Assembly (NCBI GenBank): GCA_963847705.1 | Contig: CAWKBC010000030.1 | Span: forward strand, 160,001 to 224,000 | Source of the DNA: an uncultured Pseudomonadota bacterium | Lineage (GTDB): Bacteria > Myxococcota_A > Polyangia > Fen-1088 | Length of the DNA: 64,000 nucleotides | Reading direction: 5' to 3' | Shown: positions 27,263-42,273 of the stretch, piece by piece | Layout of the letters: each line of letters begins with the position of its first letter | How positions within the stretch are numbered: position 1 is the stretch's first letter | Program-made: the position numbers and the translations under genes | The notes under the pieces: model-generated | Databases searched by the model: none | What the model was told of the DNA's origin: nothing | The model's input: only the letters and a program-made list of their open reading frames with translations

Positions 27263-29794
27263 ATGTCGGCATTCGGAACGTTGACCCTGCTCATCGCGCT
27301 GGTCGTCGCGACCTATTCGGGCGTGGCCTCGGTCATCGGCGCGCGGCGCAGCAACCGCCGCCTCATCGAATCGGGGCGGGCGGGCGTCTACGCGCTGGCG
27401 GCCATCCTCGGCCTCTCCTCGGTGGCGCTGCTCTACGCCTTTTTGACCCACGACTACTCGATCAAGTACGTCCACCACTACTCGGACGCCTCGTCGCCGC
27501 TCTTCTACCAGATCACCGCCTACTGGGGCGGCCTCGACGGGTCGATCCTCTGGTGGGTCTTCCTGCTCTCGGTGTTCTCGGCCGTCGCCGTCTACTCCAA
27601 CCGCGACCGTCACCGCGAGCTCCTGCCCTATGTCGTCGCCGTCCTGATGGCGATCGCCGACTTCTTCCTCTACGTCATCGTCTTCCACAAGAACCCGTTC
27701 GACAGCTACCTCACCGACATCCCCACCGTCGGCAAGGGCTTGAACCCGCTCTTGCAGAACGCCTACATGGTGACCCACCCGCCGGCGCTCTACACCGGGT
27801 TCGTGGGGATGAGCATCCCGTTCGCGTTCGGGATGGCGGCGCTCATCTCGGGGCAGCTCGACGACGCCTGGATCGCCTCGGTCCGCAAGTGGACGCTGGG
27901 CGCCTGGTTCTTCCTCTCGATGGGGCTGACGCTGGGGATGCTCTGGGCCTACGAGGAGCTCGGCTGGGGCGGCTTTTGGGGCTGGGACCCGGTCGAGAAC
28001 GCGGGCTTCTTGCCCTGGCTGACCGCCACCGCCTTCCTGCACTCGATCATGATTCAAGAGCGGCGCGGGATGATGAAGATCTGGAACGTCACGCTCATCA
28101 TCCTGACGTTCTTCCTGACCATCTTCGGGACCTTCATGACCCGCTCGGGGATCGTGCAGTCGGTGCACGCCTTCGGTCAGGACACCAAGCTGGCCTGGAT
28201 CTTCACCATCTTCATGGCGATCACGCTGATCGTCAGCTTCGGGTTCGTCATCAAGCGGATGCCCGAGCTCCGCTCGCGGGCCACGCTCGACTCCTGGATC
28301 TCGCGCGAGGCGGCGTTCACGGTGAACAACTGGATCCTGCTGTTCGCGGCGTTCTTCATCCTGTTCGCCACCATGTTCCCCACGATCTCGGAGGCGGTGA
28401 CGGGAGAGCGGATCACCGTCGGGCCGCCATTCTTCAACAAGTGGATGGTGCCGATCGGTCTGGTGCTGCTGTTCTTGACCGGCGTCGGGCCGCTCATCGC
28501 CTGGCGCAAGGCGACGGTCTCCCACCTGCGCTACCAGTTTTTCTGGCCCAGTCTGGCGGCGCTGGTGACGGTGGTGATCTGTCTGGCCGCGGGGCTCGGC
28601 GAGGCGCCGGCGGGCGTGATCTGCTTCGGCTTCTGCGCCTTCACGGCGGCCACCATCACCCAGGAGTTCGTGCGCGGCGTGTCGGTGCGGAAGCGCAACA
28701 CCGGCCAGGACGCCGTGTCGTCACTCATGGGGATGGTCATCCGCGGCAAGCGGCGCTACGGCGGCTACATCGTGCACGTCGGCATCGTGCTGATGTTCAT
28801 CGGCTTCGCCGGCACGGCCTACAAGAAGGAGATGGACGTCAAGCTGGTCCCTGGTGCAGACGCCAAGATCGGCAAGTACACCATCCATTTCAACCGCCTC
28901 GCGCACGAGGAAGATCGCCAGAAGGAGATGGTCACCGGCGAGGTGACCGCCTTCAAGGACGGCAAGATGATCGACCAGATGCGGCCGGCCAAGTGGTTCT
29001 TCCACAACCACGAGAGCGAGCCGACCACCGAGGTGGCGATCCGGCGCGGCCCGACCGAGGACCTCTACATCACGCTCGGCAACTACGATCTCGCCGAGGG
29101 GAACGTCACCCTCAAGGTGGTGGTGAACCCGGTCGTCGACTGGATCTGGTTCGGGTTCATGCTGCTGGCGATCGGGACCGGGATCGCGCTCTTGCCCGAC
29201 GCCGTTCTCGAGCGGTTGACCGCCGGCGTGACGTCGGCGGCGACGCGCGAGGCCGGGGCGGCCGGGATGGTGTTGCTGCTGGCTGTGGGCGCGGGCGCCG
29301 CGGTGCTCCTGCCCGGGCGGGCGGCGCTGGGACAGGGGACTGCCGCGCCAGAGATGGCGCAGGCGACGGTGGAGGCGCCCGAGCCGGTTGGCGTCGATGA
29401 GAACTGGCTGGTCCGGAACATCATCTGCCAGTGCGGCACCTGCCGGCACAGCCTGCTCGAGTGCGAATCGGACGGCTGTGGACACGCCGTTCAGGACCGG
29501 CTCGAGATCCGCCAGCTCCTCAATCAGGGGCGGACCCGGGACCAGGTGATCGCGTACTTCATCAAGAAGTACGGCGGCCAGGTGGCGCTGGCGGCGCCGA
29601 TCGATCGCGGCTTCAACCGGCTGGCCTGGCTCTTCCCTTACACCCTGGCGGGGGTGGCCGCCGTCGGGCTCGGCTACGGCGCCTATCGTCTGACCAAGCG
29701 CGCGTCGGGCCATGGAACCCTCGCCAGCGAACCGCCGCTCGCCGACGGTGAGCTCTCCGACAAGCTCGACGACGAGCTCCGCAACCTTGATTAG
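27263..29794 (+). CDS. ccmF: Cytochrome c heme lyase CcmF fused to a C-terminal CcmH-like domain
   Basis: GLNPLLQ, HPPALY, WAYEELGWGGFWGWDPVEN, SVHAF; C-terminal ICQCGTC...GRTRDQVIAYFIKKYG...AP. Confidence 0.93.
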   Translation: MSAFGTLTLLIALVVATYSGVASVIGARRSNRRLIESGRAGVYALAAILGLSSVALLYAFLTHDYSIKYVHHYSDASSPLFYQITAYWGGLDGSILWWVFLLSVFSAVAVYSNRDRHRELLPYVVAVLMAIADFFLYVIVFHKNPFDSYLTDIPTVGKGLNPLLQNAYMVTHPPALYTGFVGMSIPFAFGMAALISGQLDDAWIASVRKWTLGAWFFLSMGLTLGMLWAYEELGWGGFWGWDPVENAGFLPWLTATAFLHSIMIQERRGMMKIWNVTLIILTFFLTIFGTFMTRSGIVQSVHAFGQDTKLAWIFTIFMAITLIVSFGFVIKRMPELRSRATLDSWISREAAFTVNNWILLFAAFFILFATMFPTISEAVTGERITVGPPFFNKWMVPIGLVLLFLTGVGPLIAWRKATVSHLRYQFFWPSLAALVTVVICLAAGLGEAPAGVICFGFCAFTAATITQEFVRGVSVRKRNTGQDAVSSLMGMVIRGKRRYGGYIVHVGIVLMFIGFAGTAYKKEMDVKLVPGADAKIGKYTIHFNRLAHEEDRQKEMVTGEVTAFKDGKMIDQMRPAKWFFHNHESEPTTEVAIRRGPTEDLYITLGNYDLAEGNVTLKVVVNPVVDWIWFGFMLLAIGTGIALLPDAVLERLTAGVTSAATREAGAAGMVLLLAVGAGAAVLLPGRAALGQGTAAPEMAQATVEAPEPVGVDENWLVRNIICQCGTCRHSLLECESDGCGHAVQDRLEIRQLLNQGRTRDQVIAYFIKKYGGQVALAAPIDRGFNRLAWLFPYTLAGVAAVGLGYGAYRLTKRASGHGTLASEPPLADGELSDKLDDELRNLD

Positions 29795-30491
29795 GACCGA
29801 GACCCTGGCAGACGTCGGGTCCCCGAACGCGCCCGCCCGGAAGGCGGGCGAGCAGGGCGCGCCGGGTGCTCCGCCGCTCTCGGCGGCGCCAGCGCGCCGG
29901 CGGGTCCCGATCTGGATCCTCGGCCTGGGCGGCGCGGCCGTGGCGGTCGGATATGCGCTCCTCGTCGAGAAGATGCACTTCGGCCCGCCGCTGGTGATGT
30001 TCACGCTCGGCGGCATGACGCTGGCGCTCACCGGCGCCGCGCTCATCCGGGTGATCGATCCGCTGGCGGGAAATTCGCTGGCCGCGGTCTCCACGGTGCG
30101 GGGCGGGCGGCGCCCGCGCGAGCTCGAGCGCGAGAAGCAGCTCGTGCTGAAGGCGATCAAGGAGATCGAGCTCGACTACCAGATGCGCAAGATCGCCGAG
30201 CGCGACTACCGCGAGATGGTCGAGCGCTACCGGACGCGCGCCATGCGCCTCATGAGCGAGATCGAAGCCGGCGACGACTTTCGCGTGCTCATCGAGCGCG
30301 AGCTGACCATGCGCCTCAAGCTCGAAGCCGCGAAGCCGATCGTCGCGCCTGCGCCCACGGCTTCCGAACCGGTGGCCAGGGCACCGTCGACGGCGACCGT
30401 CGCCCCGACCACTTGCGCTGCCTGCACAACCGTCAACGACGACGACGCCAGCTTCTGTAAGAAATGCGGAGCCAAGCTCGTTCAGGCCTGA
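29787..30491 (+). CDS. Two-TM protein with a CcmI-N-like segment and C-terminal zinc ribbon
   Basis: KAIKEIELDYQMRKIAERDY; CAAC-x10-CKKC; start uncertain (TTG 29787). Confidence 0.7.
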   Translation: MIRTETLADVGSPNAPARKAGEQGAPGAPPLSAAPARRRVPIWILGLGGAAVAVGYALLVEKMHFGPPLVMFTLGGMTLALTGAALIRVIDPLAGNSLAAVSTVRGGRRPRELEREKQLVLKAIKEIELDYQMRKIAERDYREMVERYRTRAMRLMSEIEAGDDFRVLIERELTMRLKLEAAKPIVAPAPTASEPVARAPSTATVAPTTCAACTTVNDDDASFCKKCGAKLVQA

Positions 30492-32097
30492 TCGCGCTGG
30501 CGGCGATCCTCGCCGCCGCGTCGGTCGCGCGTGCCCAACCGATGATGGGCGGCAGCGGTATGCCCAATCTCGCGGAGATCGTGGGGCGCCCGCTCCCCGA
30601 CAGCGGGATGCCGACCGGGACGGTCAGCGTGCGCGTGGCGCGCAAGATGCCGTCCAACGGCGTCGCCGGCGCCGAGGTCAGCGCGGTCATCAAGAACGCG
30701 GGCGGCGATCTGCGCCGGCGCAGCGAGAAGACCGACGCCGACGGGCGGGCCCTGTTCGAGGGGATGGCCCCGGGCGACGAGTTCAATGCCGAGGTCACCG
30801 TCGACGGCGAGCTGTTGAAGACCGAGGCCTTCACCCTCCCGCAGGTGGGCGGGCTTCGCACGATGCTGATCGCCGCCCTCGGCAACGGCGGCGGCGAGGC
30901 AGCGCCCCCCGGTCCGGCGGCCTCGGCGGATGCGGGTGGCGCCGGCGCGCAGTTCACGCTGGGCGCCACCGCGGGCGTCGCCACGACCGACCCCAGCCTG
31001 CCGGCGGGGCGTCTGGAGGTCAGCCTCTTCGACGAAAGCGGCGCGCCGATCCCCAACCAACCGGTCCTGCTGGGGATGGTCGACAAGACCAACAAGATCG
31101 AGGTGCGTCACGGCAAGAGCGACGCCGCCGGCGTGGCGCACTTCGCCGACCTACCGCGCGGGGACGGGACAGGCTATGCCGCGGTCCTCGAATGGCACGG
31201 GATGCGCCTCGGCACCGCGCCGTTCCCGATGCCCGAGAGCGGCGGCGCGCGCGCCGAGATCCGCGCGCTCGGCCACACCTCCGACCCGTCGGTGATGACG
31301 ATCGGCTCCGGCGGGCGCGTCATCGTGCAGATGCACGAGGACAACCTGCAGTTCCTGGAGATGTTCCCGCTCGAGAACCACTCCGACAAGATGTTCGACC
31401 CCAGCCCGGGCGCCATCGAGATCCCGTTGCCTCAGGGGTTCGTGAGCGCCGAGGCCCAGGAAGGCGACCGCAAGATCGACGTGCGCCAGAACCACGGAAT
31501 GGCGGTCCACGGCGCCTTCAGCCCCCAGCGCGCCATCCTCAACACCACCGCCAAGAACGCCGGCCAGGAGGTGGTGTTCGGGTTCGTGCTCCCCTACCAC
31601 GGCGACACGCGCACGTTCTCCCAGCCGATGCCGAACGGGATCGGGACCTTCACCCTGATCACCGAGCAGATTCCCGGGCTCTCCGTCAGCGGTCCCGGGA
31701 TCGGCGAGCGCCAGGATCGCGAGCTCGGCGGCCGCAAGTACTGGGTCATGCCCGGCGAGCCGATCGCGCCCGGGGGCGTCCTGGAGTTCACGCTGCACGG
31801 GTTGCCGTCGACGGATTCGACAGGCCGCACTGTGGCCGGCATTCTGGCGTTGATGCTGATCGCGGGCGCCTTCGCCTTCGGCCGCCGTCCCAAGGGCGGC
31901 GCGCGCGGCGTCGACGTCGCCGCCGAGCGCGAGCGGCTGGTCGACCGGCGCGAGTCGACTTTCGCCGACCTGATCGCGCTCGAGCGCGCCGCCCGCGACA
32001 AGGGGGCGCCGGCGCCCGCCGATCGGCGCAAGCAGCTGGTTGGACGCCTCGAACAGATCTACCGCGACATCGCCGCGCTGGACGATCGCCAACCGGC

Positions 32098-32101
<4 letters not shown>
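30464..32101 (+). CDS. Exported, C-terminally anchored protein with carboxypeptidase-regulatory/prealbumin-like domains
   Basis: Signal peptide; TDADGRALF and SDAAGVAHF repeats; C-terminal TM plus helical tail; coupled to ccmA. Confidence 0.7.
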
Positions 32102-32854
<753 letters not shown>

Positions 32855-32862
<8 letters not shown>

Positions 32863-33595
32863 CGGACGATCATCGGCGCTCGCGCCGGCGCCCACGCTGC
32901 GCCCGCCCGGCTTCCTCAGGCAGGCGCTCCGGATCGCCGCCAAGGATCTGGCCATCGAATGGCGCAGCCGCGAGGTGCTGGCGACGATGACGTTCCTGGC
33001 CGTCGTCGTGGTGCTGATCTTCAGCTTCGCCTTCGTCCTCGAGGGATCGCGCACACCGGCCCCGGTGGTGGCCGGCATCATCTGGATCGCGCTGGTGGTT
33101 TCGGGAACGGTCGGCCTCGGCCGGGCCTTCGATCGCGAACGGGACGGCGAGGCGATCCGCTCGTTGCTGCTGACCCCCGCGCCCCGCGCGGCGATCTACC
33201 TCGGCAAGCTGGTGGCGACCGTGGCGCTGATGGCGATCACCGAGACGGCGCTGACGGCGCTGTCGGGGCTGCTCTTCTCCGCCTCGATGGGGGCCGTGAT
33301 CGGTCGGGTGGCGCTGCTGCTGCTGCTCGGCACGATCGGCTTCGCCGCCGCCGGCTGCATCTTCTCGGCGGCGCTCCTGCGCGCGCGCGGCCGCGACGCG
33401 CTCCTCGCCACGCTGCTCTACCCGATCATCGTCCCCATCGTGATCGCCGGCGCGCGGGGCACCACCCAGCTCATCGATCCCATCGCCCCCGACTTCGACG
33501 GCGCCCGCTTCTGGACCCAGTTCCTCTTCGCCCTCGACATCCTCTTCGTGACCGCCGGCCTCTGGGCCTTCGAGCCGATCGTCAGCGGCGACTGA
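32855..33595 (+). CDS. ccmB: Heme exporter membrane protein B
   Basis: KDLAIEWRSRE, FDRERDG, IYLGK, LLYPIIVP. Confidence 0.9.
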
Positions 33596-33637
33596 CCGTC
33601 GGGAAAAAAAGTGGCTGCCGGACCCGAGCCCTGGCAA

Positions 33638-33666
33638 TTGACCATGGTCGTTGACCATAGTAAATT
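33638..33666 (+). promoter_or_regulatory. sigma70 promoter with palindromic operator for the TA pair
   Basis: TTGACC-N17-TAAATT; ATGGTC-GTT-GACCAT inverted repeat in the spacer. Confidence 0.7.
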
Positions 33667-33681
33667 AGGCAGGGTGAGGGG

Positions 33682-33921
33682 ATGGAGAAGGTAGCAATTT
33701 CTGTGTTCAAAGCCCGATGCCTCTCCATGCTCGAGAAGGTGCGGCGCACAGGAACCCCCATCTTGATCACCCGTCGAGGCGAGCCAATCGCCGAGGTCTC
33801 GGCGCCCTCGCCGGATCACGGCCGCGAGGATTGGCTCGGCTCGGCGGCGGCGACGGGCAAGATCCTGGGCGACGTCGTCTCGCCGATCGGCGACCAGGAC
33901 TGGGAGGCTCTCGGCGAATGA
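33682..33921 (+). CDS. Phd/YefM family antitoxin
   Basis: ISVFKARCLSMLEKV...ILITRRGEPIAEV. Confidence 0.9.
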   Translation: MEKVAISVFKARCLSMLEKVRRTGTPILITRRGEPIAEVSAPSPDHGREDWLGSAAATGKILGDVVSPIGDQDWEALGE

Positions 33922-34313
33922 GGCTCTTGCTGGACACCCATGTCTGGCTCTGGAGCCTGCTCGATCCAGCCAGGCTCCGACCCGAGGTCGCCCGGTCGTT
34001 GGCCTCCGCCGATAACGAAAAATGGCTGTCGCCCATCTCCGTCTGGGAGACCCTGCTGCTCGGCGAGCGCGGTCGCTTGCGCCTCGAGCCCGATCCGGAG
34101 GCGTGGGTGCGGGCGCAGCTCCAGCGCGCGCCGGTTCGCCAGGTTCAGGTCGATCAAGAGATCGCCATTCAGAGTCGGCGTCTCCGGACAGCTCACCAGG
34201 ATCCGGCCGATCGGTTCATCGCCGCCACGGCTCGGGTCCACGAGCTCACCCTGGTGACGGCCGACGCGCGGCTCTGGCGACGCCCGGACGGTTACGCCGT
34301 TCTGCGGGCGTAG
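33918..34313 (+). CDS. vapC: VapC/PIN domain toxin
   Basis: LLLDTHVWLW, SVWE, HQDPADRFIAATA, LVTAD; ATGA overlap. Confidence 0.92.
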   Translation: MRLLLDTHVWLWSLLDPARLRPEVARSLASADNEKWLSPISVWETLLLGERGRLRLEPDPEAWVRAQLQRAPVRQVQVDQEIAIQSRRLRTAHQDPADRFIAATARVHELTLVTADARLWRRPDGYAVLRA

Positions 34314-34337
34314 GTGGTTCCCAGGATCGGCGGCCGG

Positions 34338-35597
<1,260 letters not shown>

Positions 35598-35599
35598 CG

Positions 35600-37078
35600 C
35601 TAGCGCCTGCGCACGCGCCGCGGCTGGGGCGCGCGGCGGAGAAGAAAGAGGAGCGCCAGCAGCAGGAGGCCCGCGGTCGTCGAGGGAAGGTTGTTCGGGC
35701 CGAGGTCGCAGCTGCAGCCGCCGCCGTCCTTCGCCTGGGCGCCACCGGTGCCGGTCGTGCCGCCGGTGGCCGTGCCGCTGCCACCCGTGCCAGTGCCGGT
35801 CACGCCGCCCGTCGCCGCGCCGCCGCTGCCGGTCGCAGCACCGCCGGTGCCGGTGGTCGTCTGGCCGCCGGTGCCGCGTCCGCCTGTGCCCGTCGCGCCG
35901 CCGGTGCCGGTGGCGCCGCCGGTTCCCCTGCCACCCGTGCCGGTCGTGCCGCCGGTGGCCGTGCCGCTGCCGCCTGTGCCGCTGCCACCGGTGCCGGCCA
36001 ACACACCGCCGTCGGCGGCGCACGACGCCGCGGGGGCCGTCGCCAGGTAGTCGGAGCTGCAGGTGCTGCTGCCGACCGCGATGGTGATCGCGCCGGTGGT
36101 CGGATACGTCACGGCGGTCCCGGAGGCGTCGCGCGCCAGGATGAAGTAGTTGTGACAGCCGGCGGCCAGCGTCGCCGTCCCCTTGTAGGCGGCGTTCAAC
36201 TTGTCGGTGCCGAGCTCGAGGCTCAAGGCGGTGCAGTTGCCGTCGACGACGGCGCTGATTGACGCCGGCGCCCCCAGCGAGGGATCGGCCCAGGTTGCAT
36301 AGAACGTGAACGTCCCGGCCGCGCCGCTGGCGGGGCTGACCGCGGCGGTGGGGAGCTTCGGAATGACCGCGTTCTTGAGGTTCCCGGAATCGCCGACATC
36401 GAACGTCTTGTAGCAGTTCGCCCCGCTGGCGTGCCCGTAGCCCATCGTGTTGGCGGACGTCCCCTGATCGGTGAGGATCTTGCGGTGGCCGTCGGAGCCG
36501 GCCGCTTCATCCATCCATCCGTTGACGACGGCGATCGGGTCGCCGTAGCCGGCGGCGGCGACCTCGCCGCTGGCGCTGACGCCCGAGCCGCTGGTGAAGT
36601 AGCCGATGCGGACGAAGGGGTCGGTTCCGCAGGTGGTGGTGGAGGGGACGCTGGCGCAGGAGGCGCAGGCGGTCGGAACCGGCGAGGCGCAGGCGCAGCT
36701 CGGATCGCCGGTGCAGCCGCTGGTGGCGACGTCGGTGTTCAGCGTGCACGGCGAGGGGTGCATCAGCGTCACGTCCGACGTCTCCAGGCTGATGGAGTGA
36801 AAGCGGGCCGACTGGTTGAGCACCGCGCTCCAGATCACCGGGGGGCGCGCCGGGTAGCTGGTCGACTGCGGTCCCGAGACGGTCTGCGGATCGGAGCGGG
36901 CCCGGTTGATCGCCATCAACCCCAGCCGTTCGATCGCGGAGGGGAAACCGTTGGCCGGCTCGCCGACGGCGGCGCGCCTCTCGCTGACCGGCTCGGACCC
37001 GGGCGCCAGGCAACCGCCCACGAAGAGCGGGGAGAAGAGCGCGGATGCGAAGAGAAGGGATGCGAGGTGGGGGCGCAT
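35600..37078 (-). CDS. CAP/SCP-domain lipoprotein with Gly/Thr linker and MYXO-CTERM-like tail
   Basis: INRARSDP, SARFHS, GEVAAAG, GWMDE..GHRKIL; GGCSC-TM-RR. Confidence 0.8.
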   Translation of the reverse strand: MRPHLASLLFASALFSPLFVGGCLAPGSEPVSERRAAVGEPANGFPSAIERLGLMAINRARSDPQTVSGPQSTSYPARPPVIWSAVLNQSARFHSISLETSDVTLMHPSPCTLNTDVATSGCTGDPSCACASPVPTACASCASVPSTTTCGTDPFVRIGYFTSGSGVSASGEVAAAGYGDPIAVVNGWMDEAAGSDGHRKILTDQGTSANTMGYGHASGANCYKTFDVGDSGNLKNAVIPKLPTAAVSPASGAAGTFTFYATWADPSLGAPASISAVVDGNCTALSLELGTDKLNAAYKGTATLAAGCHNYFILARDASGTAVTYPTTGAITIAVGSSTCSSDYLATAPAASCAADGGVLAGTGGSGTGGSGTATGGTTGTGGRGTGGATGTGGATGTGGRGTGGQTTTGTGGAATGSGGAATGGVTGTGTGGSGTATGGTTGTGGAQAKDGGGCSCDLGPNNLPSTTAGLLLLALLFLLRRAPQPRRVRRR

Positions 37079-37171
37079 CCGGCGGATTTTATCACTTCAC
37101 GGAATCGACGCCCGGAGGAGCCCCAGGAGCCCGAAGAGGCCTGCGGCGCGCTTTCAGGTTAGTATCCAGCG

Positions 37172-37852
37172 ATGCGATCCTTGGGGATCGGGTTCGTCGC
37201 CGCAGCGACGGCCGCCGCCGTCGGGTTCTTGATCGTCCCGGCGCTGATTCTGGGCGCGCCGCTCGAGCCGGTGATGGGATTCGTCCAGAAAATTTTCTAC
37301 TTCCACGTCCCCTGCGCGACGATGCTGTTCCTCTCCACGTTCGTCTGCGCCGGCGGCAGCATCGCCTACCTGTTCAAGGGGTCGGAGGCGGGCGATCGGG
37401 TGGCGGCGTCGGCCGGCGAGCTGGCGGTGCTGTTTGGCCTCTGCACGCTGGTGACCGGGCCGCTGTGGGGGCGCAAGGCCTGGGGGGTCTGGTGGCAGTG
37501 GGACGCGCGGCTGACCAGCGCCCTCCTGCTGGAGCTGATCATGATCGCCTACCTGCTGGCGCGCCGGTACGGCGGGCCGGCCGGGCGCAAGCTGTCGGCG
37601 GCGCTGGCGCTGTTCGCGGCGATCGACGTCCCGCTGGTCTACAAGAGCGTCGACATCTGGCGGACCGTGCACCCGCAGACCACCGTCGTTCCCTCGCTCG
37701 ACCCGCGCATGCGGCCGGCGTTCTGGAGCGCCTTCGGCCTCATCTTGCTGGTCTGGGCGGTGCTCTTCATGGTGCGCCTGCGCCTCGAGAGGGCGCGCGC
37801 CGAGCTGGCGTCGCTGCGCCTCGACGTCGAAGACATGCTGGAGACCGGCTGA
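37172..37852 (+). CDS. ccmC: Heme exporter/cytochrome c biogenesis protein C
   Basis: QKIFYFHVP, WGRKAWGVWWQWDARLT (WWD domain), WRTVHP. Confidence 0.93.
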   Translation: MRSLGIGFVAAATAAAVGFLIVPALILGAPLEPVMGFVQKIFYFHVPCATMLFLSTFVCAGGSIAYLFKGSEAGDRVAASAGELAVLFGLCTLVTGPLWGRKAWGVWWQWDARLTSALLLELIMIAYLLARRYGGPAGRKLSAALALFAAIDVPLVYKSVDIWRTVHPQTTVVPSLDPRMRPAFWSAFGLILLVWAVLFMVRLRLERARAELASLRLDVEDMLETG

Positions 37853-38145
37853 TGAAGAACAGAGATCGGTGGAAGCGGGCCTTGGTGCTGGTGGGCGGCG
37901 CGCTCGCCTGGTTGGTGCTGGCGCCGTCGCTGGCCGTCGCCCAGGAGTTCCAGAAGGTGAGCGGGCCGCTGCGCGAGGAGCTTCCGGCCACCCCCTTCGT
38001 CGCCGCCGCCTACGGCTTCATCTGGATCGCGCTCCTGGCCTACGTCGTATGGCTCGCACTCGGCGTCGGGCGCGTGCGCAAGGACCTGGCCGAGCTTCGC
38101 GCGCGGATCATCGAGCAGGCCGACCGGGGCGGGCCACGCCCGTGA
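37852..38145 (+). CDS. CcmD-like protein with an extra N-terminal signal-like segment
   Basis: FVAAAYGFIWIALLAYV followed by a basic helix; directly after ccmC. Confidence 0.7.
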   Translation: MKNRDRWKRALVLVGGALAWLVLAPSLAVAQEFQKVSGPLREELPATPFVAAAYGFIWIALLAYVVWLALGVGRVRKDLAELRARIIEQADRGGPRP

Positions 38146-38360
38146 TCGGGGCGCTCTGCATCGGGGTGCCGCCCTCTTCCCACTTCATCTATATCCCCGT
38201 CATCTTCATCCTGGGGATCGTCATCGGCTTCTTGCTGGGCTCGAAGGCGACGCGCGATGCGATCGCGTTCGAGCAACGCAAGGCCGCCGAGCGTGAAGAG
38301 CGCAAGGCGCGGCGCCAGGCTTCGGCCGCCGCCTCGTCGGCAGCAGAATCGCCCAAATAG
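38142..38360 (+). CDS. Small membrane protein
   Basis: HFIYIPVIFILGIVIGFLLG plus charged tail; GTGA overlap. Confidence 0.65.
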   Translation: MIGALCIGVPPSSHFIYIPVIFILGIVIGFLLGSKATRDAIAFEQRKAAEREERKARRQASAAASSAAESPK

Positions 38361-38375
38361 CGATATCCTTCGGCC

Positions 38376-39518
<1,143 letters not shown>

Positions 39519-39582
39519 CACGGTTTCCCCACGGGTCTCATCCATTGACCGGTCCTCTACGCGCGTGGTACTGGCCCCAGCC

Positions 39583-40317
39583 GTGAAGCTCTCGCTGGTC
39601 ATTCCGGTCTACAACGAGCTCGCGACGCTACGAGAGATCGTCCAGCGCGTCGTCGCGGTCGACCTCGACAAGGAGCTGGTCCTGGTCGATGACGGCTCGA
39701 CCGACGGCAGCCGCGAGCTGCTCGCCGAGCTGCGCGATCAGGGCCTCGAGCGCTGGCTGCCGAACCCCGCCGCCCGGCGGAGCGCGAACGAGGTGCGCGT
39801 CCTTCTGCAGCCGCAGAACATGGGCAAAGGGGCGGCGCTGCGGGCCGGGTTCGCGGCGGCCAGCGGTGACATCGTCATCGTCCAGGACGCCGATCTGGAG
39901 TACGACCCGCGCGACATCCCCGGGCTCATCCAGCCGATCCTCGACGGCAACGCCGACGTGGTGTTCGGGTCGCGCTTCATCGGGGGCTCACACCGGGTGC
40001 TCTACTTCTGGCACATGGTCGTCAACCGCGGGCTGACGCTGCTGTCGAACATGTTCAACGACCTGAACCTGACGGACATCGAGATCTGCTACAAGGCGTT
40101 CCGCGCGGAGGTGGCCAGGGCGCTGGTGATCGAGGAGAACCGCTTCGGCGTCGAGCCCGAGCTCACCGCCAAGGTCGCCAAGATGCGCCTGCGCATCTAC
40201 GAGGTCCCCGTCAGCTATCGCGGGCGCACCTACGAAGAGGGGAAGAAGATCGGCTGGAAGGACGGCGTCCGCGCCGTCTACGCCATCGTCAAGTACGGCG
40301 TCCGCCGCGCCAAGTAG
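39583..40317 (+). CDS. GT2 glycosyltransferase (DPM1-like)
   Basis: VIPVYNE, VDDGSTDG, QDADLEYDP. Confidence 0.92.
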   Translation: MKLSLVIPVYNELATLREIVQRVVAVDLDKELVLVDDGSTDGSRELLAELRDQGLERWLPNPAARRSANEVRVLLQPQNMGKGAALRAGFAAASGDIVIVQDADLEYDPRDIPGLIQPILDGNADVVFGSRFIGGSHRVLYFWHMVVNRGLTLLSNMFNDLNLTDIEICYKAFRAEVARALVIEENRFGVEPELTAKVAKMRLRIYEVPVSYRGRTYEEGKKIGWKDGVRAVYAIVKYGVRRAK

Positions 40318-40342
40318 CCACCGAGCCGGACCAGGGCGTCGG

Positions 40343-40618
40343 CTACGGCGTCCGTTGCGCGCGGGCCCGCGCCTTCTTGCGTTTCGGCGAGCCGTGCGCG
40401 GCGACAGCCCGTGGCGGAGATGGCTGGCCGATCGGCCCCTCGGCGATCCGGAGATCGCCGCTCGACGGCTGGACCGCTCCGAAGCGGCCGGTCTCGTACA
40501 TCGATGGACCGTTCTTCATCTCGGCGGGAGAGTAGCGGTCGGCGGGCGCTCTCGCCGGCGCCGTCGCGCACCCGCCGAGCAAGAAGAGAAGCGCCCACCG
40601 GGCTGGGCTCACGCGCAT
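40343..40618 (-). CDS. Small lipoprotein, hypothetical
   Basis: WALLFLLGGC lipobox. Confidence 0.5.
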   Translation of the reverse strand: MRVSPARWALLFLLGGCATAPARAPADRYSPAEMKNGPSMYETGRFGAVQPSSGDLRIAEGPIGQPSPPRAVAAHGSPKRKKARARAQRTP

Positions 40619-40694
40619 GGTCACGATGGTCAAATGGTGCTGACCCGCAGGGAACTTCACATCTCGCGGAGGCGCCAGTCAGTGAAACCGGACG

Positions 40695-42227
<1,533 letters not shown>

Positions 42228-42273
42228 TCCTAGCGAGGTGCCATCACCGGTGGGATACTGCGGAGCCGGTTCC

